This document shows, in pieces, positions 13,053-26,551 of a stretch of 64,000 nucleotides of DNA. The notes below the pieces were generated by a model, which saw only the letters and a list, made by a program, of their open reading frames with translations, had not been told where the DNA came from and ran no database searches. Made by a program: the position numbers and the translations under genes. Position 1 is the stretch's first letter, and every line of letters begins with the position of its first letter. The DNA lies in assembly GCF_964355755.1 (NCBI RefSeq), contig NC_092678.1, forward strand, positions 24,569,365-24,633,364. The letters are read 5' to 3'. Source of the DNA: Antedon mediterranea. Its lineage: Eukaryota; Animalia; Echinodermata.

Positions 13053-13115
13053 TGGTAGGATTCGAACCCGGCAACATGTCATTTAGTGGACATGCATCTT
13101 AACCACTGATCTACA
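13053..13115 (-). mobile_element. tRNA-derived SINE head / tRNA-like pseudogene
   Basis: Minus strand TAGATCAGTGGTTAAGATGC...GGTTCGAATCC (A and B boxes); shares GGTTAAGATGC with the copy at 8207. Confidence 0.6.
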
Positions 13116-13768
13116 TACATGATTATTTTTTGTTTGTTTTTGTTATTATTATATTTATTGTTTTGTGTAGTATGATTATAAATGCAAGTAATAATGCAAC
13201 ATTTAATTTGGTGTATATAATAAATATGAAGTAAAATATATAGTATTTAACTTTTAAGGATTGGTGTACTAAAGCTTTTAATAATTGTGAAGTTAAGTAC
13301 AGTTAAGCTAGATAAATAATTTTAATTTTCCCAATTTTTACATTACTTAAATTGTGTTCCCAATGTTGTGATTTTTGTTTAATTTTTTATTTTAATGAAT
13401 TAATTAATAACATAAATAATGTTTCTGTGATTATTTGTTATTTGAAATCGATACCTCTCTATTTATTATGCCATTGTTGTGGTGCCAATACTGTACATTC
13501 CTTCTAAAATTTTAGGATTTAGAGAATTTTGTTTGTGATCAGTTTAAAAAAAAGTATATAAATATATTTTAATTTTTTTTATCTACATTTATGGCAATAC
13601 ACACATTTTTAATTGTTTTTTCTTTAATTGACATTTTTTTTTTTTTTTTGTATATTCAATTTTTTTAGTTAACTTTTACCTTCGTAAGCTTTCATTAGGA
13701 ATTAAATGTAAAAAAAATGACAATTGAACGTAAACCAAAGAATATTAATAATATAATTTGATTGTTGA

Positions 13769-13868
13769 TTAAGTAATACTTAAGTCTTACGTAATACTTC
13801 AGTAACACTTAAGTAACACTTAAGTAATACTTAAGTAACACTTAAGTAATCCTTAAGTAATACTTAAG
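13769..13868. repeat. 11-bp tandem repeat (TAAGTAA(T/C)ACT)
   Basis: About nine consecutive units. Confidence 0.8.
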
Positions 13869-14860
13869 CTAAATACTGAATTAAATAATGTCCCAAGTTT
13901 CTATTTTGAAAACTATTGAACACCGTGTGACCAATCAAACAGTACGTTTTAAGTTTTTTTTGAAAAATGTCCTCGTGCACAGCGTTTGGTAGTTTCATGA
14001 TTAAATCGTGCAATTCAAAGAGATTTATTTACAGTTAGTTCACCTACAAAACTTTATCAATGTAATTGAAATTAATTGAGGAACATTCTATATTAAATAG
14101 TTAAAACAGGTGTTTATTCAAATATTAATATTTTAACTTTATATTTAAATGTATAATCTGCATGTTACAGAATTATATAATATTTATTATGTGTTTTATG
14201 ACGTCATAACATCAGTCAGGCATCTGGAATTATTTACCGGAAGCTTGACATAACATGACTATTTGTGGACAATTAACGGACAGGGGCGATAGTCTAGGTA
14301 CCATCTCTTTCATGCATGACGACTACTACTGCTAGTTAGTCAGATTTATATTCTCGTTTTCCAGTTCAATAAAAACACAACATTAAAAGGTGAATTTTTT
14401 GTTACTAATTTATTTTGTTTCACAAACTTTCACTTCAGTCCATCATACAAGCTTCATCTATATTTAATAATAATTATATAACAATTCTATACTAAGTAGT
14501 ATTCTATCGCGCTTTCCGGTACATTATTGCAAACATCTGCAGGCCCCAACATAATTTGAGCCTATTTAAAGTTGACGTGTACGTACTATTTATCGGCGCG
14601 CGTTTGAACGCTCGCGTTAAGCGTATCTGCAAAAAAATGTCAGTACTTTAAACGCCGCTTATCGAACGGGTAGTTTTCAGTGTCGTATTTTACCATCAGC
14701 CGCATTTTATAATTCAAGGTTTTTCGTTATTACTTTTAATAATTTACAAAAGGTTTTTATTTCTATCCATAACAGTGACGTCATCGACGTTTCTTCCCCT
14801 TCCAGGCCATATTGTTTTTATGCTGGTATCTCTTTTCTTGTCTTAACCTTTGAAACGTCA

Positions 14861-17846
14861 TTAAACGTCTTGCCTGTCATTTTGAAACTCTTTACCTTCT
14901 TCAATTATTTTCTTTTCTAAATTCGTTTCCATTGGTGAACTTGTAGTCGGTATGGTGTTGCTGTCGTCAGCATTTTCTGGAAGGGTTTCCAAAATTGTGA
15001 TACGTTCCGTCAGAACTTCCGTAACTTCGTCGTCAGTCTCGTTGTTGTTGTTTTGACGTAGACGGGGGTTAGGGAATGGAGTGGGCTTCCAGTTCCCGAA
15101 TGGAACGCTTCTATCTTCAATCGTCGGCGGTTTTGATTGGCTGTCAAGTCTACTTTCTAATGTAAAATCAGTTATTATTTGTATACTCTGTGTTTGTAGT
15201 AAAGCTTCCTCGGTTGCTATTGGTTCACTAGTTGTCAAATCTATTACGTCATCAGTTATCAAATCTGTTACATCATCAATTATCAAATCTGTTACGTCAT
15301 CAATTATTAAATCTGTTGCGTTATTTTGAGTTGGAAACGAAGTGGTAACGCTGTTAAGTTCTGTAAATTGGTTTGAGTCTACGATGATGAGATTAATCGG
15401 CGTTGAACTTGGACCATCTGTGCGCGTTTCTGATAAACCCGTTTCTGATTGAATTTCTTCCGTCGTAATTGGTTGAATAGTGACGCTCTGAGTTGTTACT
15501 TCATTTACCCCTTCCGTTTCGTCATTAAATGTTTCGGTTGTTTTAATTTCATTTGTGACAGTTTCTTTCACTGTGACTTTATTTAATGATTCTGTCGAGG
15601 ATACATCTATTGGGGGTGATGTTAGGTGCTGTTGTATTGGTGGTGTCATTGTTGGCGTCAAAGTTGTTGCTCGAATACTGGTAGATCCTTTTGCAGAATT
15701 TGTGACGTGATTTTGAGTTTTGGTGGTAAAAGATGGAGGTGGTCTTGGGGGCGTCGGTGGTGGGGGTAATGTTGGAGGTTTTGTTAGAAAAGGCTTCTTT
15801 TCGGGTGTCGGTTTTTCTTTGCTGTTGGTTTTTTTCTTTGATTCTTTTGCTTTATCTACAAACAAATGTACAAGACAAGATAATGAATGTTTTTATTTGT
15901 TGTATTTTAGAATATTTTCTTGAGTTGAAAACATATTACCGTTCTATTTAACAAGGCAAACAAATTTGGCGGCATATTCAGCAGTGTTACAATTAATATA
16001 ACTCGAGTTATAACTTCAGGCTTTAGAGCCTACCTAAGGGGTTGTTCCCACTAGGACGCAACGGAAGGACGCAAAGTGATTTGACAAATCCCAAGCGATG
16101 GATTATTCGAATAGTCGCCTGTGATTGGTCAACTCGCTTACGTTGCGTCTACGTCCTTGCGTTACGACCTAGTGGGAACCAAGCTTTAATGTAAACATTT
16201 AGACCATCTGCGCTTACATTTGAATCTACATTCTCCTTTGTACATGACAGACAGATGTTTAGGTTTCACTAGGCATCTTCTGTATTCCAATACGTGAACA
16301 TTCTCGTGTGTTTTTGAATCACTTCCACATACAGGATCGTATGCGAACTCTTTCTTCAGCATCGACTTGCACCGCCTCCTCGCTTCTACAAGTTAACAAA
16401 CACAACATTATATCTCATTTTTGTTCCGTGTGAATGCATTGTAAACATTTATTGCCGCTAGTAAACATTAAGTACTTGCTTACTTCGTTTTGTTCCACAC
16501 TCGCCAAACGATTTTACTCGAAGATCCATGTCTAATGTATGGCACGCCGTCTTGAATAGGACGTCATTGTTTATGTATGACACGCCATCGGTGCCACAGA
16601 CTGGTTGGAATTTTGAACTTATTCGATATCCACAAGCAGCAGTGTAAGACTCTACGAAAAAAATATAAAAATATACGAGGCATTTAAACACAGTGTGTTT
16701 TTTATTACCATTCTATTCGTAGTCTTAATCTAATTCCTTCTCATGCCATCATCATTGTCATATCTTCACTATGTCATTAGTGTGATCATGTCCGCTTCTC
16801 ATCATTATCGCTATCATATATTCACTCGTCACCGTTATTATATAAAACCAGCGCCATACGCGTTATTATCATGTCTCTCCCTCCCCTCGTCATATTGTCA
16901 TATCTTCGCTATCAGCGCCGTTGTCATTGTAAATCAGCTAGATAAGTAACATAATTTATCAAAATAATACTTACTTGTATTTGAGCAGAATCCGTCATAT
17001 TGTTTTGCTAGCTGTTGTCCATTATAGCACCTTTCTTGGTTTAGCAAGCATTCGTTATTGTACGTTTTTTCATCTGATCCGCAAACTGGCGACAACAGCT
17101 TCGGACATCGATGTTCACACTGTTTTTCTGAGAGTAAAAACACAAATCATTTGAATACTAACTGCGTCCAGATTACATCAAGGCAAACAGTTTAGAATAT
17201 AAATAAGGTAACGATTCATTTGTTAACTCCTGTTTATGCGCGCACACGTCACGTAAAACCGTTGGAATTAATAGTTTATGCCGGTAATATAGGACGCCCT
17301 CTATATCGTCACACAAATTCCGGTTGCTAAATTAATTCGCCACTTTCTAACGTGTATAATATATGACACTGTCTGCCCTATGCCTTTTTGGATTCATTTT
17401 TAAATTTGACAATATTATAATATAATCTCTATACATTGTATATGACTCTTCAGTTATCCAAATCCGTCACATAAATTGAGATAATTTTCACTACAAATAA
17501 AATCTTACGTTCAACTTGTTTCGGTAAACATTTCCCATAATGCATCACGTTAATGTCCATTCGCGTCCAGCACGCGTACACTTTCATGATGCATTGATTG
17601 AAGTATGTCACGTGATCGCTGCCACATACAGGTACATGGTAGTCGTAGTAACAATGTCGACTGCACGGATCTTTACCTACACAAAAAAAACATTACGTCA
17701 TTTTAAAGTTTGCTGTGTAATATTTGAGATTTTGTTTTTAATAATCAAATATAAAGTAAATAAAACTTACTATTATAAACAAATGGATCTTGAGCTCGGA
17801 TGAGTAATAAATTAGAAATTAACAAAAGTGTTAAAATTATTGACAT
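14861..17846 (-). CDS. Secreted multidomain Kazal-type serine protease inhibitor-like protein with Pro/Thr-rich mucin-like tail (~575 aa, 6 coding exons)
   Basis: Exons on -: 17846-17771 (signal peptide MSIILTLLLISNLLLIRA), 17676-17509, 17127-16975, 16651-16484, 16385-16218 (one Kazal domain each, PVCG[ST]D..[TS][YH].N motif, phase 1-1), 15855-14861 (K/P-rich then T/E-rich). Sums to 1728 nt in frame. Confidence 0.88.
16036..16187. mobile_element. Palindromic MITE family B (TIR GTTCCCACTAGG); relatives at ~21650-21780, ~34810-34940, ~36880-36955
   Basis: GTTCCCACTAGGACGCAACG ... CGTTACGACCTAGTGGGAAC with an internal CAATCAC...GTGATTGGTCAA-type hairpin shared by the other copies. Confidence 0.75.
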
Positions 17847-18167
17847 CTCAAAACCACTCTGAAAACAAGAACAAAATGGTGTTAAAAACAGTATATGAAT
17901 CATATAATGTGACAGATATAACCGATTAATTTGTAAAAATAAACGTCTGCCAACAAACACACCCCCTTAAATTATTAATAATTAGAAATTACTATCGATC
18001 AACTCAAGACAAATTGTGTAAAATAATACTACAATTCAGCCCTACAACATGCTAGCCTGGCGAGACAGCGTGTGAGTCACACTGTAAACCAACGCGTTTC
18101 AAAGCTCTTGAGAGACCCGTGTCTTCGTTCTCCCGAGGAAATGAATTAAATCGCGATTCACTTATAT

Positions 18168-18245
18168 CTCAACATATTCTTCATATTTCTCAACATATTC
18201 TTCATATTTCTCAACATATTCTTCATATTTCTCAACATATTCTTA
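18168..18245. repeat. 21-bp tandem repeat (TCTCAACATATTCTTCATATT) x~3.5
   Basis: Identical units read directly. Confidence 0.85.
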
Positions 18246-19679
18246 TGATTTGTAAATAGATACATTCCGACGATTTAATATTACTGCTGATGAGATTCCA
18301 TTATTGTTTAGTTTCCTGGTAAATTCCACAAGTTGTTTTAATATTTGAAATGCATCCAATTATTGAATTTGTCTGTCAAGGATAAGTGGTCGATTATTTT
18401 TCCACACTATCACGTGACCTTAACTTTCTTCCGTTCGCAACATTTAATTTGTAACGTGGATTTAAATAATGTTTGTATTGCTCCCATTGCTCAAATACGT
18501 GTTATCTTTTCCTACTAACATATTATACACATCGTTTACTGGTATTTTCCAGTTAAACTACATGCGCACGCGTACAAAAGATAATAATTATACGGCACGC
18601 CTTTCTACACGCGTAACTTCTCGTCTCTGCGTAGTATTGTGCCTGCATTGCTGATTGTTGATTGTGCTGGTAATTCGTCACTGACGTGACATGATGCGTA
18701 TAAAAGTTGATATAATAAATAGGTTTTTATATGCGCGCGTTCACCTCCTGATACCATTGTGTTTGCTTGCATAGTGTCAACCATTCGTAAGGATTGTCAA
18801 ATATATTTAGTCTCAAATTATGCTATTTTGACTTATCGTATCAATCTGCAAAAAGTTAGTTCTCTTGAGAAATCCGGGAGCAAAGTGAGATCAAGGGAAC
18901 TAAAGAGTAACAAACAACGGAGCGCAACGATCTTGGAATCAATGCCTCTAGAGTGCATTGGTGTGTACAGTAGTTACGGAAAATTAGATTTATCATGATG
19001 TAAAGAAAATCGTGCAATACGTGACTTAACAACCCCAATCTACCAAGCCCTTTCCCAGCCCCTTGCCGCCGCCCACTTTCACCAATATCACATGTACACA
19101 GTATGTGGTGTTTGGATCATGATAACTATAATATTGATATTTTTCAAGTCAAACTGTTTGAATAGGCAATATATTATTATTTCCTTTCCTGGTTGCATGC
19201 CAATCTTGTGTTATAATTATTCAATGTATCCGTCGTCTGTACAACGTCTTTATAATCTGATCATAATAATATTAAAAACATTTCGTTTTAAATTAATACG
19301 TATTTGTAGCATTTATATTTAGTCAGTTACTTGACCTTATAAAACTATTTTTGTCAACTTTTTATCGGATTCATTCATAGATTGATAGATTTCAACTATA
19401 AGCATTGTGAAAGTATACACTCCTAAATATTATAATTTCCAATATTTCCAATATCTTAGTGAAATTATCTAATACAGCGTCACATAGTATCATATGTGAC
19501 GCCTGTATTATTAGACTATAAGTCTAACCGTAACATAAATACAGGCCTTACATGTAATACACATGTGATACCGTTTTACATACCTTGCCATGATACTAGA
19601 TATAATCTATGTATAATCCTGTATAATTAGAATGTGTTTTTAGACTTCATAACACTTTCAAATGCTCCGTCTAATCTTT

Positions 19680-19822
19680 TAAATTGTATGTGACAAAAAT
19701 TGTGATGTGCCCATATATAGACATGATTTCATATCACTACCATATATGGCCATATCACTTCCATATTCGGGAACATCACAATTTTTTGTCAAAATAGTTT
19801 GATAGTGTAGACAGACCTTTAG
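19680..19822. mobile_element. MITE family A copy
   Basis: TGTGACAAAAATTGTGATGTGCCCATATAT...GTTTGATAGTGTAGACAGA. Confidence 0.8.
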
Positions 19823-22800
19823 ACTTAATATGATACTTTCTGGCATTCGAAAACTTGAACTCAAAGTCAATGACATTTCCAACGACAACTGTTCGTTGTC
19901 CTCGACTCAGCTGCGTCGTCGGCAATTATCGTCGTATAATGTTGTATAATTCTCGATGAGTAAGGTATTGTTCTCTACAGCTTTTAACTTAGTTTAAACT
20001 TAGTGTTTTTTAATAATTAATAATCCACCCAACAACTGTTCTTTACCAAAGGTTATATTTCTTCACATGAATATTTTAATTATATTAATTTATTCATGAG
20101 TTCAGTGTACTTTATTCCATGAAGAAGTTACACAAAATGAAATTCAACTTATGATCCTATTTTCATATTCATAGTAAGATTCTTTCCCCAAAAAATGTTT
20201 TTATTGAATATGTAATATGTTTTGTAAATAGATAACATAACAGAAAAGAAGTTTAAAAGTAAAAAATACTTGACTCTTCAAATAATATTAAAGAGGATAA
20301 AAAAAAACAATGTTCCATTTTGTCCACATATACTGTAGCCTAGTTCTATCCCATGCCTGAATGTACACTTTTAATATTAACGTTTCATGATCAATTGCCA
20401 ACATACATTTTTTGTTAGTTTCAAAGAATTTGCAAGGCACTACTGTTCAGTTCTTATTATCAAACTAGTTGTTGTACAGGAAGTGGTAAAATGTGTTTTC
20501 CTGACAGATGTCGAATGTTCTCTCGTCTCAAACCATTTCTAAGCACACGTTTATTCGATTCTTTGCCAATGGACAACACTGACCAACATTTGTGGTTTTA
20601 GTAGATACTTAGCCAATGTATTGACCACTAAAAGGAATGTTTTAATTTTTAATTAAATAAAGATTGAAGTTCGAGGATGGAAACAACATTATACATTTCA
20701 ATGCACCACAGTAACTCAGTCTCCATGTGCTTGGCTATGGAACGTTTACTCATGTAGTAGTCCTATTTTAATTAGTCGATATTGACAGAGGAGACAACCA
20801 TACATTTAGACATCTGTATAGGATGTATATATAAACTAAGTATTTAAAGAAACCTGTTTATATTCCTTGAACGAGGCCGCTAACTATTGACTAAGTTTAA
20901 TCTAAATCTGCAACATGGTCGCCGGGTTAACACCAAGGACCTAGACTTACCTTAACATCTCGTATGAGTATGTTCTTTGATCAGCTTAAGCTAACTGCAT
21001 AAAACCAAAAAAGAAAAACGTATTTGTTTTCGATTTTGAATGAAAAGCTGGGGATATAAGATTAGTTAAACGATAGGGTACGGAAGCGTTTAACCCCGCT
21101 ACGTGGTGTTGTGTGTATACTCGGCTTAGAGAGGCCTAATTGAATGTTTATTTCAGATATTCAGATATTACGTTAAAGAATCGATGTAGTATTTTTATGA
21201 TAACTGATTCAAGGGAAGGACTTTGAGACAGGATTAACATATCAACAGTCTATATCATGCATAGGCCTAGAATATGATTTGCTATTAACTCCTCTTGTGC
21301 TGAGACTCCATCCGTGTATTTACTTAATATTTATTAAGTTCAAATTAACCGTGTTTAGTAATGGTATGTGTAAGTAATCATAACAAAATTAAAATGCCAG
21401 ACAAATTTAGTCAAAAATTTTGTTGCAAAATGTCATTATGGTTTTTTTTTATTGTGGTTTTACTCGCACTAATAACATTACCTTTGACTAAGGCATCTTT
21501 TCCATAGACTTCCTTACTCTCGTTGGCTAGACGCATTCTATCTCATTCTGGGTAAATTCGGTTATGGGGCAAATATGACGATGTAATTAAGTTTGATCTT
21601 CATGTTAGATGAGAATCTTACGTTCAACTTTTCGACAGAATTCGCAAAAAAACAAGCAACGCGAATTCGAATAGCTTAACCAATCACAGACGATAGTTTC
21701 GATAGTCACTGTGATTGGTTAAATTATTACTTACGTTGCGTGCGTCATTCGCTACGTCCCTGAGTGAAAACCAAACTTTAGAAAGGAACACAGCTCGCGT
21801 GTAAAGATTGTTTAGTTACTCTGTCCCATTTGAAGTTAAGCTAGAACAGATTTCATACCAGCATTTTAAGTAGCAGGCACTTTCCGGGTCATACCAAGCC
21901 AACACATGCCAACTGGAAGAGACCCTTTAATGTTACTTTCCTTTTCCTCCCTTCCCCTTCAAGTTGCCGTTACACTAAGTACTTTGAACTTTACCAAGTG
22001 CAGCAAGCTCTATAAGTCCACAACACGCGATGGCGGCGAAACTTACAAACTCTCTGATTGACTACTCGATGTATATGTAACGAAAAACTTATAGATTAGC
22101 TAGCAGCGAAAAACAGCGGAATATGACTTTTTAGGAAGATAATTTATCAGTAAAAACTAAGACGGTAATGAGTGAAAGTGTTTCATTTATTTACAAACTT
22201 ATAAACAATATTAAGCCTACTGATTAGGACTTGAGCCAGTCAAGTGTCCGCCGCAAAACCAGAATGATAAAACTATATCTAAGAAATATTATTTTAAACA
22301 GAAAATGTTATGAAAAAGAGAGATGGATGTTTGGGTACCACCGTACGAAAATATTTTCACTTTTTTGTCATTACATTTTGTATTGAACTTAAATTTTAGT
22401 AAAGTAGTAAATATTTTATTTATATATACTGTACTGTAGGTCATCAATATTGTATACGGTACCGTATATAAATAGGCCTTTACTTATGTAGGCCGATATG
22501 AACAAGATAACCCATATTTAATCTAAAAATATCTACTTTTTAAAATGAATTTGCAAATTTAGTCTGAAATCATTGAATATTTAATAAATGCCAATATTAA
22601 CCATTTTTGTTTGTGACCTTAAATATTCGCGGTGTGCAAATATGAGTAAGGACTACAGTATAATACTACAGTAACTGTTAATTTTCAGGATCTTTTATAT
22701 TTTAATCGCAGACATTAAGGTCGCGCGGAAATAAAGGTCTATACGTCTCTATATCATTTAAAAGGATGTATCTAATATGTATTAATTAATGATCGTCCGA

Positions 22801-23040
22801 TCGGAAATATTATACACATAAAAATGTTTGAGATTATAAATATAGACCGGTACATCCATGTTGTAATCACTACATGTCTGTTGCTGGCATTTTATTAAAC
22901 CTAATTTATGCAATTAATAATTCATTACACTCATTTATATTATATTATTAGTTCAGGTGATGATATAGCTAGTAGAACCCAATGGTTATGATGACCATTA
23001 TGTTGACCATTATGTTGACCATTATGTTGACCATATCGTA

Positions 23041-23129
23041 AAGCTATGACTACACTATCAAACTAGTTTGACAACAAAATTGTGACGTTCTCAAATATGG
23101 TTGTGGTGTGCCCAAATGTGGTAGTGATA
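23041..23129. mobile_element. MITE family A, left half (split by Academ insertion; right half 26552-26629)
   Basis: Joining ...GGTAGTG-ATA to TGACATCATC... restores the family consensus seen in reverse in other copies (GATGATGTCATATCACTACC). Confidence 0.85.
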
Positions 23130-26100
23130 TAGCAGGGTTGCTAACTTCCATTTTTTATGAAGATTGTGCATTTTGTGACAAAAGCACCAAATTTGGCACA
23201 AACCTTCTTTAGGGTATATCTAACAATCCTAGAAGGGGTGCCCAAAAATCGGAACAATTTAACGACGTCATTTGGACCACGCCCTTTTTTTAGTATTACG
23301 TAATTAGGTGAAACCTTAAATCTTCGTGTATACATACCAAGTTTGGTATCAAATTAAAACTCATGACATGTACATTGCAATACACACATAAAAAATATAT
23401 GATTTCTCTTCAGACGGAATATATAGGTCAAATAATGTAATTTTCTGTCATATTGAAGGTGATTTCAATCAAAACGCGCCAATATTGGGCTATGTTATGA
23501 ACATTGTAGTTATAAGAACAACAACATTCATTTTTGTAATACTAATATAATATTTATCCTATATCAGTTACTTTCCTTTAACATAATATTAGGAACCACT
23601 GAAAAAAAGTATATAAAACATATACTGTATCAAACTTGGCTCAATAATCACTGGACTAAGTAAACAGACAAAAGACCATTTGACTGACAATTATGGCGTT
23701 ATCATCCATAACAATACATGGAGGTGATTATCAACTTTACTTTTATGAAATTATTTATTTGGAAACAAACAGTAACACTTATAATGGTACAGAGTTGCTA
23801 GATGACGAACAAGTTCCACGGCATGGGTAACAAAGACCAGTGCAAGAAAGACCTGCTGAACGACACTTGCAGTTCCCTGAGCAATGCAGGCAACCCATTC
23901 CTCGATAATTGTTCAGAACTTCTGGTCTTGGATGCTCGAGATTGTGCCAATGAAAGTGCAGTAGTGACAGTTCGTACAATTCAGGATGTAGGTACTACCC
24001 AGTACCAAAAATATTTCAAGGAAGTTATTCTCGACAGAAGTGTTGCAATTCAACAAGCCATCAAACAGAATAAGCTGCCGTTGTTCAACACACCATGGTC
24101 AAAATCAGTGTCCAAAACAAAGCAACAAGTTAAGAGTTTAAAAAGTGACTGCAGCCTATTCAGTCGACTGTATATTGCAAGTCAATCTCGTGATGGAGAT
24201 TAGGAAGACTTCTTCATGCATGAAAACCAGCCATGGCCACCCTCTTTGGCAGTAAATGGAAAGCTTTGACTACCAACTAAGAAGTCTGAGTTGCTACAGC
24301 ATTTGGAGACTGAAGGCCAGCCTGAACCTCCTACATATTTTGACGTAAAGGTGTTTGACGGAGCTGCTATTGTCCATGCTCTTTCCAGCAACCATGCATT
24401 TACATTTGATGACTACGGTGATAAGGTGAGTACATTTCTTTGCATTCAGGATTGTATCTATTGTTTAACCACCACATAATTGGTCATTTCTATATGCGGA
24501 TCGTTATTCTTGTATCATTTGTATGACAGGTCTTTCTACCGTGGACCAGACAGCAGCTGCAGAATAGTGACAGAATTGATATAGTGTGGGACACTTACAG
24601 AACAGATAGTCTTAAGCAGTCTACAGAAGAAAAAAGAGGAAAAGGGGTCAGGAGGAAAGTTGGGGGACAAACAAAGATTCCAGGGAATTTTCCAGACTTT
24701 CTGAAAGATCCAGTAAATAAAAAGGAGTTATTTAACTTTTTAACTACAAAGGTGTCTACCCAAGATTACTCTGACTGCAAAGAAGTTTACATTACATCAG
24801 GTACGTTTTATTGTGATACATACAAATTTATTTTGTTTGTAACCAAACGATTAATTTACTTATACAGTTTCATACCAATAATTAATTAAAAAGGCATATT
24901 AAATTAGTAAGTAATGCTTGATATGTCCTGTAGGCGAGTCTGTTGTATGTTGACATCTACTCAACCTATGTCAATCTGCGACCATGAAGAAGCCGACTCC
25001 AGGATGTGCATTCACATTGATGATGCCTTAAAGAAAGGTAGCAGGGTTATTTTGGTGCGTAAAGTTGATACTGATGTCATTGTTATCCTGGTTGGTATTT
25101 TCTGCAATCTAATAGCCTGTTATCCTGGTACGTGTATCTGGGTCGCATTTGGCATGGGTAAGCACTTCCAATTATTTTAATATAAATACCATCTGCCATA
25201 ACCTATGAGAGGATAAGTCAAGAGGGCTGCCAGTTTTTCATGCATTTACTGGGTCCGATACTACATCCCAGTTCTTCAGAAAAGCAAAACACTCCGCATG
25301 GGAGACGTGGAACTCATTTCCAGCAGTCACAGAAGCCTTTCTTTTCATGGCACATCACCCTTTCAAATCTCTAGGAGTCAACTCATCTCAATTCCAGTTG
25401 CTAGAGGAGTTTACATGTCATCTATACGACAAGACAAGTACTTTAAGAAGTGTTACTAAGCTAAGACAAGATCTTTTTTCAAGAAAGGCACGGACAATGG
25501 ACAACATTCCTCCTACACAGGTAAGGGGAGCTTCCATATAATTGTCAATTGTCGTTTAATAATTTGTTATCAGGTTTATGTTTTTCTTTCATTAAAAGGT
25601 AACACCAATCTTTAAATTGTTTATTGCAGGATGCACTTTTACAGCATTCCAACCGATCCATATACCAAACAAGCATTTGGACCACCAGTCTACAGCCACA
25701 GCAGAATGCTCCATCACCAGAAGACTTTGGTTGGACTAAAACCGGCAGTACATGGACACCAGTCTGGACAATACTACCTGAAGCATCCAAGGCATGTAGG
25801 GAATTGCTAAAGTGTGGCTGCAAAAAGTTGCCTTTTTGCTCAGGGAAGTGCCGTTCAGCAGTGCACTGGTCTTGTTACCCATGCCATGGAACTGTCATCT
25901 AGCAACTCTGTACCATTATAAGTGTTTGTTTCCAGATAAATAATTTCATAAAAGTAAAGTTGATAATCACCTCCATGTATTGTTATGGATGCTAACGCTA
26001 TAATTGTCAGTCAAATGGTCTTTTGTCTGTTTACTTAGTCCAGTGATTATTGAGCCAAGTTTGATACAGTATATGTTTTATATACTTTTTTTCAGTGGTT

Positions 26101-26551
26101 CCTAATATTATGTTAAAGGAAAGTAACTGATACAGGATAAATATTATATTAGTATTACAAAAATGAATGTTGTTGTTCTTATAACTACAATGTTCATAAC
26201 ATAGCCCAATATTGGCGCGTTTTGATTGAAATCACCTTCAATATGACAGAAAATTACATTATTTGACCTATATATTCCATCTGAAGAAAAATCATATATT
26301 TATGTGTGTATTGCAATGTACATGTCATGAGTTTTAATTTGATACCAAACTCGGTATGTATACACGAAGATTTAAGTTTTCACCTAATTACGTAATACTA
26401 AAAAAAGGGCGTGGTCCAAATGACATCGTTAAATTGTTCCGATTTTTGGGCACCCCTTCTAGGATTGTTAGATATACCCTAAAGACGGTTTGTGCCAAAT
26501 TTGGTGCTTTTGTCACAAAGTGCACAAAAAAAGTGCTAAGTTACCCTGCTA
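23130..26551 (+). mobile_element. Academ-superfamily (XPG-type) DNA transposon, non-autonomous derivative, with ~730-765 bp inverted arms and 3-bp TSD (ATA)
   Basis: Termini TAGCAGGGT...ACCCTGCTA; ATA at 23127-23129 and 26552-26554; inverted arms 23130-23894 and 25827-26551; internal coding remnants with XPG/FEN-like motifs and a Cys-rich C-terminus. TAG..CTA ends, short TSD and XPG + Cys finger are established Academ traits. Confidence 0.88.
23889..25902 (+). pseudogene. Decayed C-terminal part of Academ protein (XPG-like nuclease and Cys-rich finger), with 3 introns
   Basis: Motifs GNPF, FFMHENQPWPPSL, DGAAIVH, WDTYRTDSLK, DHEEADSR, VDTDV, FHAFTGSDTTSQF, PSPEDFGW, LLKCGCKK. In-frame stops near 24201, 24267 and 25206 and a frameshift near 25178. 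Introns ~24426-24529, ~24801-24933, ~25521-25629. Confidence 0.82.

Noticed and set aside
23141-23335. Matching MYTRRFK.SPNYVILKKG ORFs (also 26356-26604)
   Set aside because: They match only because they lie in the two inverted arms of the transposon.
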